A stretch of 64,000 nt of DNA from an uncultured Candidatus Entotheonella sp. (GTDB lineage: Bacteria > Tectomicrobia > Entotheonellia > Entotheonellales > Entotheonellaceae), in assembly GCA_965217185.1 (NCBI GenBank), contig OZ244252.1, positions 3,872,001 to 3,936,000 of the forward strand, read 5' to 3'. Positions 18,774-29,900 of this stretch are shown here, piece by piece. A program made the translations under genes and the position numbers. How positions within the stretch are numbered: position 1 is the stretch's first letter; each line of letters starts with the position of its first letter. The notes under the pieces were generated by a model that worked only from the letters and a program-made list of their open reading frames with translations, ran no database searches and had not been told where the DNA came from.

Positions 18774-21700
18774 TCAGGCATCAAGAACATCCCTTAACGA
18801 TCTGACATTTGGCACTTGGTCATGCTGTACCACGAATTCCGGAGGGATGAATAGCGGGCTGCCCGGTGACCAGAATTCGACGCTGTCGGCGTTTTCCTCG
18901 AAGTACTGGGGATCGGTGGTCACCCGCAAAGCCTTCCTCATACCCGGTGCCAACAGGCCGTATTCCCGGTGCCCTAACGGCTGGATGTCAGTTCCCGGTG
19001 GCATCAGGTCGAGGGAACCGATGACCCGGTCAAGATCGTCCATGGTCACCGGTGAGGCTGGCTGCATCGGTATGACGAGGTCTTCCTCGGTCACCGTGTC
19101 AAGGTCGAAGCCCTTTCCTTCTGCTTCTTGGGCCTGCTGTTGAATCCTGTCCACCAAGTCCGCCGCTTCCCGCTGATTGCGCCTGGCCCCTGATAATACA
19201 GCCTCCGCAATCGTCTGCGGCATGCGGGCAAGGATCGGCTGCAGGCGGCCGACCACGGATTCGAACAGCCCGATGCGGTCCCGAAGGGCACGGTAGACGT
19301 CAGTTTCCACCGTGCCTTCATAATGCAGGTTGATAATCCGGATGCCTGGGTGGCGCTGTCCAAGGCGGTCAATGCGCCCGATGCGCTGCTCCACTCGCAT
19401 CGGGTTCCACGGCATGTCGTAGTTGATCAAGGCGCCGCAGAACTGGAAGTTCAGGCCTTCGGCGGCGGCATCCGTGCACAGCAGAACGTGAGCCTCGCCG
19501 TCACGAAAGCGCCGTTTGGCGTCATCGCGGCTGATCTGACGCCAACCGCCGTCGGCAGAAGGAATTTCCCCTCCGCGGCCAGAGAAGCACATGAGTTCCA
19601 GATCGGCGTCCTTTCGGAGCTCGCTGCGAAGAAAGTCCATGGTGTCGGTGTATTGGGTAAAGACCATGGCCTGCTCATAGCCGTCTCGTTGGAGATCGGC
19701 AAGGGTGCTTTTCAAGCTGGTCAGTTTGCTGTCCGGCGGCAGCTGGGCGACACGGGCCAGAAGGTCTTCAATGTCGGTCTTTTCTTCAGCGGCGAGGGCC
19801 TCGCGCTCCAGGCCTCCAACCTCTTCCGCATCCAACACCTCGTCGCCGCCGGCGTCATCGTCCGGCGCGTCATCGTCGAGGCCCATCAATAGGTCGTAAC
19901 TACCGGAGGCAACCGCGTCGAGATGTTTCCGGAGCGTGGTTTGCAAGGCGCTGAGGCTGCTGGTGAGACGGCGGCGATAGATGGTCATGACGAACCCCAC
20001 TGCCGTGCGTTCACTGGCGCTGGCTTGGTTGTATGTGGTGGCGATGTACGCCTCCAATGCCTCGTAGAGCTCACGCTCCGCCGGTGTCATGTCGAGAAAG
20101 CGGTCCTCTACCCGGCGGTCGGCGATCGGGGTGGACAGCATGCCCGCTTGAAAATAGCGCCGTAGCAATTCGCGGGTGTGCCGCGACACCAATCGGCGCA
20201 GCGGGGTATTGGCCCGCATGATCTTGACCGCCGCCCGCCGCTCAGTGGTTTCAAGTTGTCGCCGCGGGATGCTGGCGGGGTCGCGCAGGGCGCGAAGTAC
20301 CTTGTTGGTTTTGAGGGGGGACAGGTCTGTTACACGTCTCGCGTCCTGTGCTTCAACTTGGCCGTAGGTGTGCTCGGATGACTGAAACAACTGTGCCATT
20401 CGGTCCATCGCCGCCGTGGAAGGATTCGGTTGCTCGACATCCTCGAAGAATTCGAGAAACGCCCTTGACGACCATTCCGGCGGCAGACCCAGCAGGTTGA
20501 GCAAGTCCCAGACCTCGACCGGATGGACCTGCATCGGCGTTGCCGTTAGCAGCACCAAGCCCTGTGTTCTGCTTTGCAGTTCCCGCATCAGGCGCAGCAA
20601 GGCGTTGGGACCACCTTCCTGGGCGCTTCCGGCAGCGCGCCGCCGGGCATGGTGGGCCTCGTCGAGCACAATCAGATCCCAAGGTGCGGCACCTTCCAGA
20701 AGGGGCTCGGCGCGGTCGCGGCGGCGCATCAGGTGGCTCGACGCGATGACCACCGGTTCCTTGTGCCAGTCGTCGTGGTCCACTTCGCGTTCGTGGTGCT
20801 TGCCCAACGCGGGGGAGGGGTGCCAGACCAGCTTGTGGCCGTCATAGATCGGCCAGTTGAGATTGAATTTCTCGCGTAGTTCGATCTGCCATTGTCTGAG
20901 CACCGCTTTGGGCGCCAGGATCAGGATGCGCGCGGCGCGCCCGGCGAGCCAGGCTTGGCGCAGTAGCATGCCGGCCTGAATGGTTTTTCCGAGACCGACC
21001 TCGTCGGCGATCAGCAACCGAGGCGGCCAGTTGCGGTAGAGCCGTTCGAAAGCCCTCACCTGATGGGGCCATGGAATGACCGCCGAGGTTGCCTCTCCCA
21101 CACGCTCACCGCCTTTGGCCATCGAAGGAGCGTGCCGGATGAAAGACCAGACGCGGCTTCTCAGATCCCCCGGTTCGGGCGCTGGCGGTTTCTTGGGCGC
21201 TGTGGCCCCGGCCGTCGGCTTGGCGGGGGGAGATTGGACGGGTTTCGCTTCGGCTTCCTGCTTGAGGCGGGCCGGCATGTCGGTCTTCGGCAGGAAGCGC
21301 ATGAGGCTTTGGCGAGCGGCGTCGGGGATGTCCAGCACGATGACGCGCTGCGCCTTGTCGGTCCATATACGGGCGAAGTTGGCATCCTCTTCATTTACCC
21401 TGGCCGCATCCGTTCCCCAACTCGTATAGACGTTGATGCTTTCCCAGTTGTGCTGCCACCCCGCGGCCGTCTCGTTGAGGCTGCCGTTCCACGCAAGGCG
21501 GTCGCCAGCACGATCCTGGATGATACCTGACTTTTCGTGAAAGATGCCGTCTGCCGGGATGGGCCTCCGGTTGGTATCGCAGGGAACCGCCACCCGGACG
21601 TCCAGGTGGCCGCGTGCGACCATCCACGCCAGCAGTTCAAGAGCGTCCGACGTTGGCTGGTCCGGGGGCGCCAGAGGCAGGTTGTCCATATGCCGCTCGA

Positions 21701-21962
21701 CGAGTTCGCGGAGTTGCTCGCCTTCTTCGATGGCCGCAATTTCAGGCGGTTCCAGCGTGCAACCGACAATCAGGCGCATCCGGCCGTTGTTGCGGACCAG
21801 TCCTTCAATGCCGCGTGCCGCCAGCCGCAGCGCGTTGGCGTTGAAATAGCCGGTCAACCGGTCGTAGCGCTCGGCGTCTTCGAGGGCGGGTATGTAGAAG
21901 AGTCGTACGAGATTGCCGTCGTCAGGGGTGTATTTGAGCTTCCAGGCGCGGTCGCAGAGCAT
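18774..21962 (-). CDS. PLD nuclease-like + SNF2 helicase (restriction-like system subunit)
   Basis: FHEKSG..NGSLNET, ADEVGLGKT, DEAHH, LTATP and EQRIGRIDR motifs. Confidence 0.92.
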   Translation of the reverse strand: MLCDRAWKLKYTPDDGNLVRLFYIPALEDAERYDRLTGYFNANALRLAARGIEGLVRNNGRMRLIVGCTLEPPEIAAIEEGEQLRELVERHMDNLPLAPPDQPTSDALELLAWMVARGHLDVRVAVPCDTNRRPIPADGIFHEKSGIIQDRAGDRLAWNGSLNETAAGWQHNWESINVYTSWGTDAARVNEEDANFARIWTDKAQRVIVLDIPDAARQSLMRFLPKTDMPARLKQEAEAKPVQSPPAKPTAGATAPKKPPAPEPGDLRSRVWSFIRHAPSMAKGGERVGEATSAVIPWPHQVRAFERLYRNWPPRLLIADEVGLGKTIQAGMLLRQAWLAGRAARILILAPKAVLRQWQIELREKFNLNWPIYDGHKLVWHPSPALGKHHEREVDHDDWHKEPVVIASSHLMRRRDRAEPLLEGAAPWDLIVLDEAHHARRRAAGSAQEGGPNALLRLMRELQSRTQGLVLLTATPMQVHPVEVWDLLNLLGLPPEWSSRAFLEFFEDVEQPNPSTAAMDRMAQLFQSSEHTYGQVEAQDARRVTDLSPLKTNKVLRALRDPASIPRRQLETTERRAAVKIMRANTPLRRLVSRHTRELLRRYFQAGMLSTPIADRRVEDRFLDMTPAERELYEALEAYIATTYNQASASERTAVGFVMTIYRRRLTSSLSALQTTLRKHLDAVASGSYDLLMGLDDDAPDDDAGGDEVLDAEEVGGLEREALAAEEKTDIEDLLARVAQLPPDSKLTSLKSTLADLQRDGYEQAMVFTQYTDTMDFLRSELRKDADLELMCFSGRGGEIPSADGGWRQISRDDAKRRFRDGEAHVLLCTDAAAEGLNFQFCGALINYDMPWNPMRVEQRIGRIDRLGQRHPGIRIINLHYEGTVETDVYRALRDRIGLFESVVGRLQPILARMPQTIAEAVLSGARRNQREAADLVDRIQQQAQEAEGKGFDLDTVTEEDLVIPMQPASPVTMDDLDRVIGSLDLMPPGTDIQPLGHREYGLLAPGMRKALRVTTDPQYFEENADSVEFWSPGSPLFIPPEFVVQHDQVPNVRSLRDVLDA

Positions 21963-21964
21963 GC

Positions 21965-24901
21965 TCAGTTGTCGTCGTCCCGCCACAGCTTCAACTGCGC
22001 CGGTTCGTCGATCCTGTCGCGGTAGGCCAAACGGACGAGGTTGTAGAGCGCCTCGAAGTCGCTCCCGGCCGCCGCTACGTCGCCTGTGAGTTCAACGCCG
22101 GTGAAGCTGGTGGAAACGGGAAGGATTTCGAGGACGGCCTCGAGAGCAGCCAGAAAACGCGGGTCCTGATCGATCTGTGCGTTGGCCAGCAACTCCCGGG
22201 CCGCGGCGAGGGACTGGATGCGCGCCAGGTTGGCGGCGTGATGAACGACGTCGATCATGCCGCGGGAGCCGTCGGTGGGCCCCAGCGCCCCTTTTGCTGC
22301 CCGTCGCGTGCTGTCCCACAGTTGGACATTGCTGCCTTTTTTCTCGGCTAGACGGCTGATGACCCCCTTGTCGAGGTCGATGCCGACCGCGCGGGCGAGC
22401 CGGAGCGCCTCGTCGTAGGCGAAAACCGGCGCCTTGAAGGCATCCCAGGCGAGCACGAAAAAGGCGGTGGGTGGGTCCAGGTCGGCGTCGGCCTTGAGGT
22501 GCGTCAGTTGCTCCAGTCGCCAGCGCTTGACCTCACGGCGGGCGGTGTCCAGGGCGTCTTCCGGGGTCGCGGTATAGGGGTCCGTTTCCTCCTGGAGCAG
22601 GGCCTGCTGGCGTCGCGAGCGGCGTTCTGTCTCGGGAACTGGGCGCGGGGTACCGCGCTGCAAGGGCCAATGGCGCGAAAACTCCTCCAGGGCCGGACCA
22701 AAGGAGGCGAGATACAGGTCGACGCCGGTGATGCCGGCTTCCTGGAAGGACTCGACCCGCTCGCGGACCGCTTGGGCGACCCGTGGCGCGATGTCTTCCC
22801 AGTAAAGGTCGCTCTCGATTTCCGAATCATTCTGCCGGGGCCGGCAGACCAGAAAAATGGTGCTGTTGGCGGCTGCCTTGTCCTTGATATGCAGGCTGCC
22901 CGCGGCCTCGGTGTTGACCGGCCAGGAGGCGGTGATGACGAAGCCTGCTTCCATCAGCCCGGTGGTCAGCGCGTCCCAGGCGCCGCTCGACTTGTGCGTA
23001 AACATCAACGTCATGATGCCGTCCGGCTTCAGCGCCCGGCGGCACTCGGCAAAGATCGATGCCATGCGTTGCTGGTAGTCCCGGCCAGCCAGTGCCCGGG
23101 CGCCCTTCTGTCCCTGGAACCTGGCGGCATTGGCGACGGCTTCATTGTCCTTGTCGGTCAGGCGGCGGCGGAACAGGTCGGGGAAGACGTGACCGGCGGT
23201 GCGTTTGAGCCAGACGTAGAAGAAGTCCGACAGCTCGGCATACATGACGTTGTCATAGTACGGCGGGTCGATGACAACGGCGTCGATGCTGGCATCCTCA
23301 ATATGATCGAGGTTGTCGCCCGGTTTGCAGGTGATGTTGACTGGCGGGGTTTCGTCAGCGGCAGCAAACAGGTTGCCGTTGGCGTCTTTGGCTCCAGGAC
23401 GTATCAGCGCGACGAGTTCGTCGATACATTTGGCGGTTTGGCCGATAGCCCAGTCGTAACCAAGGCCGACGATCAGGGGGGCCATTTCGGCGTGCGACCA
23501 GCAGAATGCGAAGTCATGCCGGTTGAAAGTGTTTGCAACAACTTCCCGTGTAGGCATCCAGACTGACATGCGGGAGTTGTAGTTCAGCAGCTTATCCAGG
23601 GAGAGAGCCAAGTACCCATACGCTGCTTGCCGAACCTCGCTCAACTTGCCCGCCGCCTGGTCGGCGTCCAGCATTTCGCGGAAGACCTCGACGCCCGTGC
23701 CGTGGCACAGAAGCTGGCGCGGCGAGAATAGATCGCGCCAGATACGCATGCCATATCGTTGAGGCTCTGTGGTCTTGTTGCCATCGGGAATTGTCTCACT
23801 CGGCACTAGGTCGAACGCTTCCCACTCCGGCAGTTTCTCATCGAGCCGCGCACGGATTTCGGCGCTGTTGTCGTCTTCCGGCCGGGGAGCGCGATAACCG
23901 CGCACCCACTTCTCGCGGGTCTTGCCTGTTTTGGTCTTGCTGAGAACCCGTTCCTTGTAGACGACCGCGAATAGCTGCTCGCCCATCCTCCCAGCCTGGG
24001 CTTGGGTCTTGATCTCGTCACCGTCGATCACCCGCCCGCAATCGGGATACGGGCAGGTGCCGTCGCCACGCGCCACCGTGCCGGGCGACTGCTCATTTGC
24101 AGACCGGACAATCTCGAACGCGCACACGCGGCCTTTCGCCTCTGGCCCGGTGCCGAGTTGGGGCCTGAGCCGGACGCCGGTGCCGTCGGACGCCAACCGC
24201 CAGTTCGGCGAGAGCGGCACAAGACCCTCGCAATAGGGGCAGGTGATCGTGCGTGCCCAGAGGTAGCCTTCGACCCGGACTCCTTCAGGTTCGAGCGGGA
24301 AAATACGGTCGTATTTCGGCTCGGCCCGCTGGATAAATTCACGTGCCAGTTGGCCAAACGTCTCAAGTAATGCAGAACCATGTTCCTGAGGCCACTCTAC
24401 GGTGGCCTTGAGAATCAGGGCGGCAACTGGATTCAAGTCGTTGGCTATCGGCGCGAAGCCCAGCCGTTGGGCTTCGAAGGGAATACTCCCTCCGCCAGCG
24501 GTCGGGTCGAGTACCGACAAGGTATCCAGCGAAAGCTCTTTGACGAGTTCAACCCACGTTTGATTTTGCTTCGCGGGCGTGTACGTGAATGCGCGTTTGT
24601 ATCCATAAGGGTCAGGCCCCAAGTGTTCCTTGTTTCTCTTGGCGACATCAATCCTGCGCCGGGTAGCCACCGGGTCCCCGTGAATGCCGAGCACGTGCAG
24701 GAACTTCTCGCGGTCAGCATCGGCCGGCAGCAGAGAAGCGAGAACCGCGGCACGCGACGCTACCAGCGGCCGCCGCGCCCACCAGACGTGGAGGTAGTAG
24801 ATGGGAGGCAACGCTGTCATGGAGCGTCGCTCGCGGGTGCTTTCTTCTCCAAGCGCCGCGATGGGCAGCCAGCGTTCGATCAGGCGGGTGTCTTCAGGCA
24901 T
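21965..24901 (-). CDS. DUF1156 adenine-specific DNA methyltransferase
   Basis: [30 protein letters not shown] zinc ribbon and DPPYY motifs. Confidence 0.93.
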   Translation of the reverse strand: MPEDTRLIERWLPIAALGEESTRERRSMTALPPIYYLHVWWARRPLVASRAAVLASLLPADADREKFLHVLGIHGDPVATRRRIDVAKRNKEHLGPDPYGYKRAFTYTPAKQNQTWVELVKELSLDTLSVLDPTAGGGSIPFEAQRLGFAPIANDLNPVAALILKATVEWPQEHGSALLETFGQLAREFIQRAEPKYDRIFPLEPEGVRVEGYLWARTITCPYCEGLVPLSPNWRLASDGTGVRLRPQLGTGPEAKGRVCAFEIVRSANEQSPGTVARGDGTCPYPDCGRVIDGDEIKTQAQAGRMGEQLFAVVYKERVLSKTKTGKTREKWVRGYRAPRPEDDNSAEIRARLDEKLPEWEAFDLVPSETIPDGNKTTEPQRYGMRIWRDLFSPRQLLCHGTGVEVFREMLDADQAAGKLSEVRQAAYGYLALSLDKLLNYNSRMSVWMPTREVVANTFNRHDFAFCWSHAEMAPLIVGLGYDWAIGQTAKCIDELVALIRPGAKDANGNLFAAADETPPVNITCKPGDNLDHIEDASIDAVVIDPPYYDNVMYAELSDFFYVWLKRTAGHVFPDLFRRRLTDKDNEAVANAARFQGQKGARALAGRDYQQRMASIFAECRRALKPDGIMTLMFTHKSSGAWDALTTGLMEAGFVITASWPVNTEAAGSLHIKDKAAANSTIFLVCRPRQNDSEIESDLYWEDIAPRVAQAVRERVESFQEAGITGVDLYLASFGPALEEFSRHWPLQRGTPRPVPETERRSRRQQALLQEETDPYTATPEDALDTARREVKRWRLEQLTHLKADADLDPPTAFFVLAWDAFKAPVFAYDEALRLARAVGIDLDKGVISRLAEKKGSNVQLWDSTRRAAKGALGPTDGSRGMIDVVHHAANLARIQSLAAARELLANAQIDQDPRFLAALEAVLEILPVSTSFTGVELTGDVAAAGSDFEALYNLVRLAYRDRIDEPAQLKLWRDDDN
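24853..24901. repeat. 49-bp direct repeat, copy 1 (5' end of the DUF1156 gene)
   Basis: Matches 32244-32292 with one mismatch. Confidence 0.92.
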
Positions 24902-25006
24902 AGGGCGGCCAAAGGGTGTTCAGTGATTCGTTGTCAGATGCGGCCGGTGTTTCCGGAATGGCGATTTGGGCTCTGGGTGATCCAGGGCATGTCCGTTCCA
25001 CTCGGC

Positions 25007-26947
25007 TCAGGAATTGCAAAAAGCTTCCAGGGCCGCCTCCGCTCTGCCGCAAGACACCCAAAGCTCGGGAACAGCATGACAGAGGTATTGGAGGCACCAG
25101 TGGAACGCGGCGCCCTCATTCTTTTCCAACTTGCCAAAAGCCAGTTCCGTCAGCCAATCGCCGACAAATTCCCGCCAGTCATTCAGGTCTGCGCGGCTTG
25201 CAGCGGCTACAAGGCATATCCGCATGGCGTCTTCGACAGACAGATTATATTGGGCCTCTCTCCCGTACCGGCGTACGACAATTCGCAATGCGTCGGCAAG
25301 TCTGCAACTTCTGGTCACCGCGGCAACCGTAGCCAACCCATCCAGGACATAAGGGAGTTGTGACTTTTCTTCCAAGCCTGAAATTTGATAACCGCTTAAT
25401 TTCAGAAGCGTTGCCGCCGATTCGGCCTGTCGTGATTCCATACGAAAAATCTGGGCAGTATTCACAAGTGCAATGAATGATGGCACTTCCGCCTTTTCAG
25501 TACTCAGTTGACCTGAAATTGCCTCAGCATATTCAGTCGGCAACGGGTTCGGACTGGTTCCACCTCCTTCCAGCGGCCCAGGAAAGTACGGACGGAAGAA
25601 CTCGCTGCGTGAACGGAGACTTCCGGGGCCGTCACCAAGAACAAGGGCACGCACCTTGCTGCCCTTGATGTTGTCTTCATGATTCCTGGCTGTGATCATG
25701 ACGCGGCCGAAGAATTCCGCCTGCAATTGCGACGCACTTCCAAGATTGGGTGTCCAGCGCGGCTCCAAACGTAGGTCCGCGAGAGTCTGAAAATAATGCG
25801 CTCCGCCGCGGTTTTTGATGGCCCAATCACAGAAGGCGTCACCGCTGATTCCGGCGTTCACATACTGGCGATGAATCAGCGATGCCTGAGCCAAGGACGC
25901 CAATCTTCTGTAGAAAGGGGGTTCTGCTGAGAACAACCGTGTTCTGGACAACTCTCCATCCACTAAACCGAACAACGCCGAAAGAATCTTGAAGCCACTG
26001 CCTGCGTCCTCAACATTGTCGTCTCGAATCTGTTCAATAAGCCGAATGAGAATCGATTCGATTCCGGATCTTTCTGGAAGAATGCGCAAACCGACCTCGA
26101 TCGCACCTAACTGCGAGATTCTGTCCCCATGCATTTCCAACCAGTCAAAAGCGCGGAGGAAGTCTTCATCTCCCAAATGTTCCACATTGATTCCAGCCGT
26201 TAGGGAAGAATGCGAACACAGGAAGAGGCTGAACAGGAACCCGTCATAGCGTTTCCAGTCGGACAACTGCTCAAAAAGTTGTCGCGCCGTTGCTGCCGCG
26301 TAATCTTGCACGGAGGCGCTCCCGTCGTATGCGCCCACCAATCGCTCAAAATATCTGCGAGAAGGGGGCACGAGGCTGGATATCCTGCTTTTTCCGTCTG
26401 TCAATTCCCGGCGTATGACGCGCGACACATGAACCGGCGTGTCGCGAATATCGTTGTAAAACTCGTCAACTTCTTCGTCTTCAAGAGGCCGTCCAGAAAA
26501 GATATGGTGCCAATTGCGGCGTTCTCTGGAGGGCAATTTGACGTCAGAGGATGCCTCTTCAAACCGGCGCAAGCGTGTGGTTTTGTCTGGTGAGAGCACA
26601 TTAAGATCCGGCAAATCGAGACTCTCATCACCGCGAGTGATGGTAAGTATCGGGGGTGCATTTTCTCGGAGTTTGTTAATCAGTTTCCATTCCTTGCCAG
26701 TGGTATCAGCCATTTCCACTGGAGGGGATCCCGAAAGGACTTTCCGGGCGCCATCGAAAACTTTGGAACGCTGAATCGACACGCCCGAATCACCGAAACC
26801 AAGAATGGCCTCGGTCCTGAATCCGAATTCAAATTTGAATTCGGATCTGAATGCTGAGTCGTCGAGCAGAGTCTGACGGATCAACGGAGGCGCGAGTTCC
26901 ATTGCGGCGTGTGCCAAGGTGGCCCTGAGATAAGGATTATTCGTCAT
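25007..26947 (-). CDS. Large hypothetical protein coupled to the HNH-PIN-like gene
   Basis: About 646-aa open frame whose start overlaps the upstream stop. No motif recognised. Confidence 0.75.
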   Translation of the reverse strand: MTNNPYLRATLAHAAMELAPPLIRQTLLDDSAFRSEFKFEFGFRTEAILGFGDSGVSIQRSKVFDGARKVLSGSPPVEMADTTGKEWKLINKLRENAPPILTITRGDESLDLPDLNVLSPDKTTRLRRFEEASSDVKLPSRERRNWHHIFSGRPLEDEEVDEFYNDIRDTPVHVSRVIRRELTDGKSRISSLVPPSRRYFERLVGAYDGSASVQDYAAATARQLFEQLSDWKRYDGFLFSLFLCSHSSLTAGINVEHLGDEDFLRAFDWLEMHGDRISQLGAIEVGLRILPERSGIESILIRLIEQIRDDNVEDAGSGFKILSALFGLVDGELSRTRLFSAEPPFYRRLASLAQASLIHRQYVNAGISGDAFCDWAIKNRGGAHYFQTLADLRLEPRWTPNLGSASQLQAEFFGRVMITARNHEDNIKGSKVRALVLGDGPGSLRSRSEFFRPYFPGPLEGGGTSPNPLPTEYAEAISGQLSTEKAEVPSFIALVNTAQIFRMESRQAESAATLLKLSGYQISGLEEKSQLPYVLDGLATVAAVTRSCRLADALRIVVRRYGREAQYNLSVEDAMRICLVAAASRADLNDWREFVGDWLTELAFGKLEKNEGAAFHWCLQYLCHAVPELWVSCGRAEAALEAFCNS

Positions 26948-29900
26948 CTCGTTTCCATTCGTCCGGTTCCCTGTCGGCAATTTCCGAAATAAGGCTTCGT
27001 TCCTGTTCGACGACCCAGGCGTAAAGGTCGTGGTCTTGTTCCTTCATGGGAACCAAAACCCGGTCTTCCAGCCAACTCCAGTAGGCGCTTTTGGTCTCCT
27101 GCGGGGCACCGGAAGGAGGTGTGAACAGAATTATGGTCAAAAGACCTTGTTTGGTCTTGGCTACAGATTCTTCATTCTCGACTCCAAATCTGTGAGCCCA
27201 GCCGCGAACGTTAATCTGTTCCATGATCCAGTCTGAGCGAGCCTTAACGGCTGCCAGGTCTGAGCCGGCTCGCCACAAACCTTTCAGCGCCCGGATGAGT
27301 ACGTGAAGAGTCGTATCCAGCCAAGCAATCTCAGGCGGAAGTTGAAGCCACCCACTCATGCGAACACAAAGGATGTTTTCCCGAATAGCCTTCAACTCCG
27401 CCGTTTCAATGACTTTGTCGTCTTGAACGGGAGAGGCGTTCAGATGATGTGCCAGTTCCGCGTCCTCAACAGGCACAAAGAAATAACCGGCCTGACGGAG
27501 CCGGGTCCTGTATTCCAGTCGGCTATCCGGCGTGATAGCGTCAACGGAGACCAGCCCGTCCAAAAGATCCAAGGTTGAAACCATGAACGTGTCGGAGCCG
27601 TTGTCTTCGATTCGAACATGCTGGTTGAAGAACCTGTCATCCGCGATGATCGCTTCACAATGCTCTCTCAGGGCAAGCATGTCGTCAATCGGATAGGCAG
27701 ATAGCGGCCGTTCTTCCGACTCATCCCCGTGGTGTCGTCGACCGAACCTGATCTTTCCGGTTTCGATTCCCTGACTAAGGGCCGACCGTACGTTTTCTAT
27801 CTTTTCCCTGACCTTGTTGGCAATGCCCTCATAGGCAATGAGTTCATCAGTTTCAGACGCTTCTCTTGGCGACACGACCGCTCTGAACCCCGCGGGCCGC
27901 AGTTTCTCAAGCAGCCCGAGGTGAAGGAAATAGCTAACCGCCAGACTGCTCAAGTACAGGATTGCTCCATCTGCAATTTCAGGCTGCTGCGGCCAAGGCT
28001 TCTCCTGAAGCTGCAAATAGGCCCGGGCTCTCCTGTCTTCCTCGGCCGTTATTTGCCCGTTTTTCCGTAACTTGTCTACAATTGACAGGCAACTGCAAAT
28101 GACAGCGGCATGCTCCGTCAAGTCGGCCTCTTCATCCATCAGGGAGGCGGGTCGATAAACCGGAGCCGGCCGTACAACGACGCGCTGGGTATCCACATCG
28201 TCTCCAACGTTTTCTGCCTCCGTTATCAACATGGACAGTTCATCGCCAACATGAGCCGCCAGATCACTATCCGCCACGGTGCTCGAAACCCATCTCTCCA
28301 GAGCGCCTGTCGCGAGCAAGTGTCGTAGCTGATGCGCGTCCTGAATTCGACTGGGCTGATGAAAGGTGGCCCTGTCTTTTTCCTGAAACAGCCAGCCGAG
28401 AGTCGAGTGCGGTACATAGACCGTATCGAATGCATCCAACGACAAGTCCAGAATATCCAGAAGACTCAGGGTGAGCAGCGTGGTGACGTCCATGCCGACC
28501 GTCCCGCCGACACCAAACGGCGCAGACTGACGTTTGCCGCTATACGCCGGGATGAGTCCTCTACGTCTTGGATCAGGCTCGGACAAGTTTGACAAAGCAG
28601 GGAACAGCATCAAGTGGAGCAGCGACCTGTTGAGTGCCTGCGCTGCAAGGGACATGGGGATTTCGCCACGGCTCAGCAACTGCCATGTTCTGGCCTCTCG
28701 GCGGTCCCATGCAGGCCTCCGATCAAGGATATCCTTGAGGGTAATTTGCTGGATTGGGCCGTCATTACCGGACAGTTCAAAAGCTCTGTGAAGCCATCTG
28801 ATGGCATCCACCTCGTGTTCCCAACCGGCTTTCGTGGCCAAACCATAAGCGGCGGTCAGTGCCTCGGCATCGTCGTGACCTTTATCGGCCACCGCCAGGA
28901 TCAGTTGCTTGGCGTGAGGCGAGTTCAAACAAAGAGATAGCTGAGCTGCGTATATCAAGTCGCCAGCGCTTCGATTTTCTTTTTCCCGATATTCGTCGGC
29001 TACAAACGCAGCCAAGGAGCTCCAGTCCCCCAGAGCGATGGCAAGCTTGATGCCCAATGCTCGAGAGTCCGTATTTGCGCTGTCATCACTCAGTTTTGCC
29101 AGTTCGGAGCGAGCCTTTAACAATTCCCCCTCATGGAACAGCGCCCAGCAATAGAGCATCCGCAGACTTCCAGATTGCGCCAGAATGTCACCATTGCCTT
29201 CGAGCATTCCAACTAGTCGGCCTGCCCTGTTCGTGTTGTATAAGGCAAGTGCCCATCGCTCAGCGTCGGGTATGGACCGGGTTATTTCAAAAAGAGTGCC
29301 TCCGTACTCACAAACGGCGTCCCAGTCATGCCTTCTTGCGCATTCATCGACCAAGAGCAATAAATCGGCCAAAGCGTCGGTTTTTTCAAACTGAGCCTTT
29401 AGAGCTTCAACCGAGTTCGTACCTTCGGCCTCAGCGATTGCGGTTCGCAGGCGGCCCTCCTCTGCTTCTGACAGCCCTTCTTGTATTAGAAGTTCCAGAG
29501 ACTCACTGGCCTTCTCAGGAAGACTGGCACGAGCAAGCGCATCGATCTGGATGCACTGCACCGCTTTTTTTGCAACGTACCTGGAAAGCTCTTCTTCGTG
29601 CCGGGCAATATAGTCTGCCACCTCTCTAGGGTGTTTTTGAGTGACGACGAGAACAAAACGGGCAAGCTCGGCTTCCTGCAGCATGCCCCCGTGAAGGGCA
29701 ATTTGTCGTTCGATTTCCTGTTCAACCGCTGCCAAATCCAACTTGATTCCGAACTGAAGGCCGAGAGGAACGAGACCAAGAGCGGACTTGAGGTCAGAAA
29801 GCCTTTCTAGCAAACGCTGTCTTCCTGTTTCGGAACATTCCGGATCCGTCAATTCAAGCCAAAGTGCGTATTTGTCGCATACCAAGGCTTGGTCAGGGCA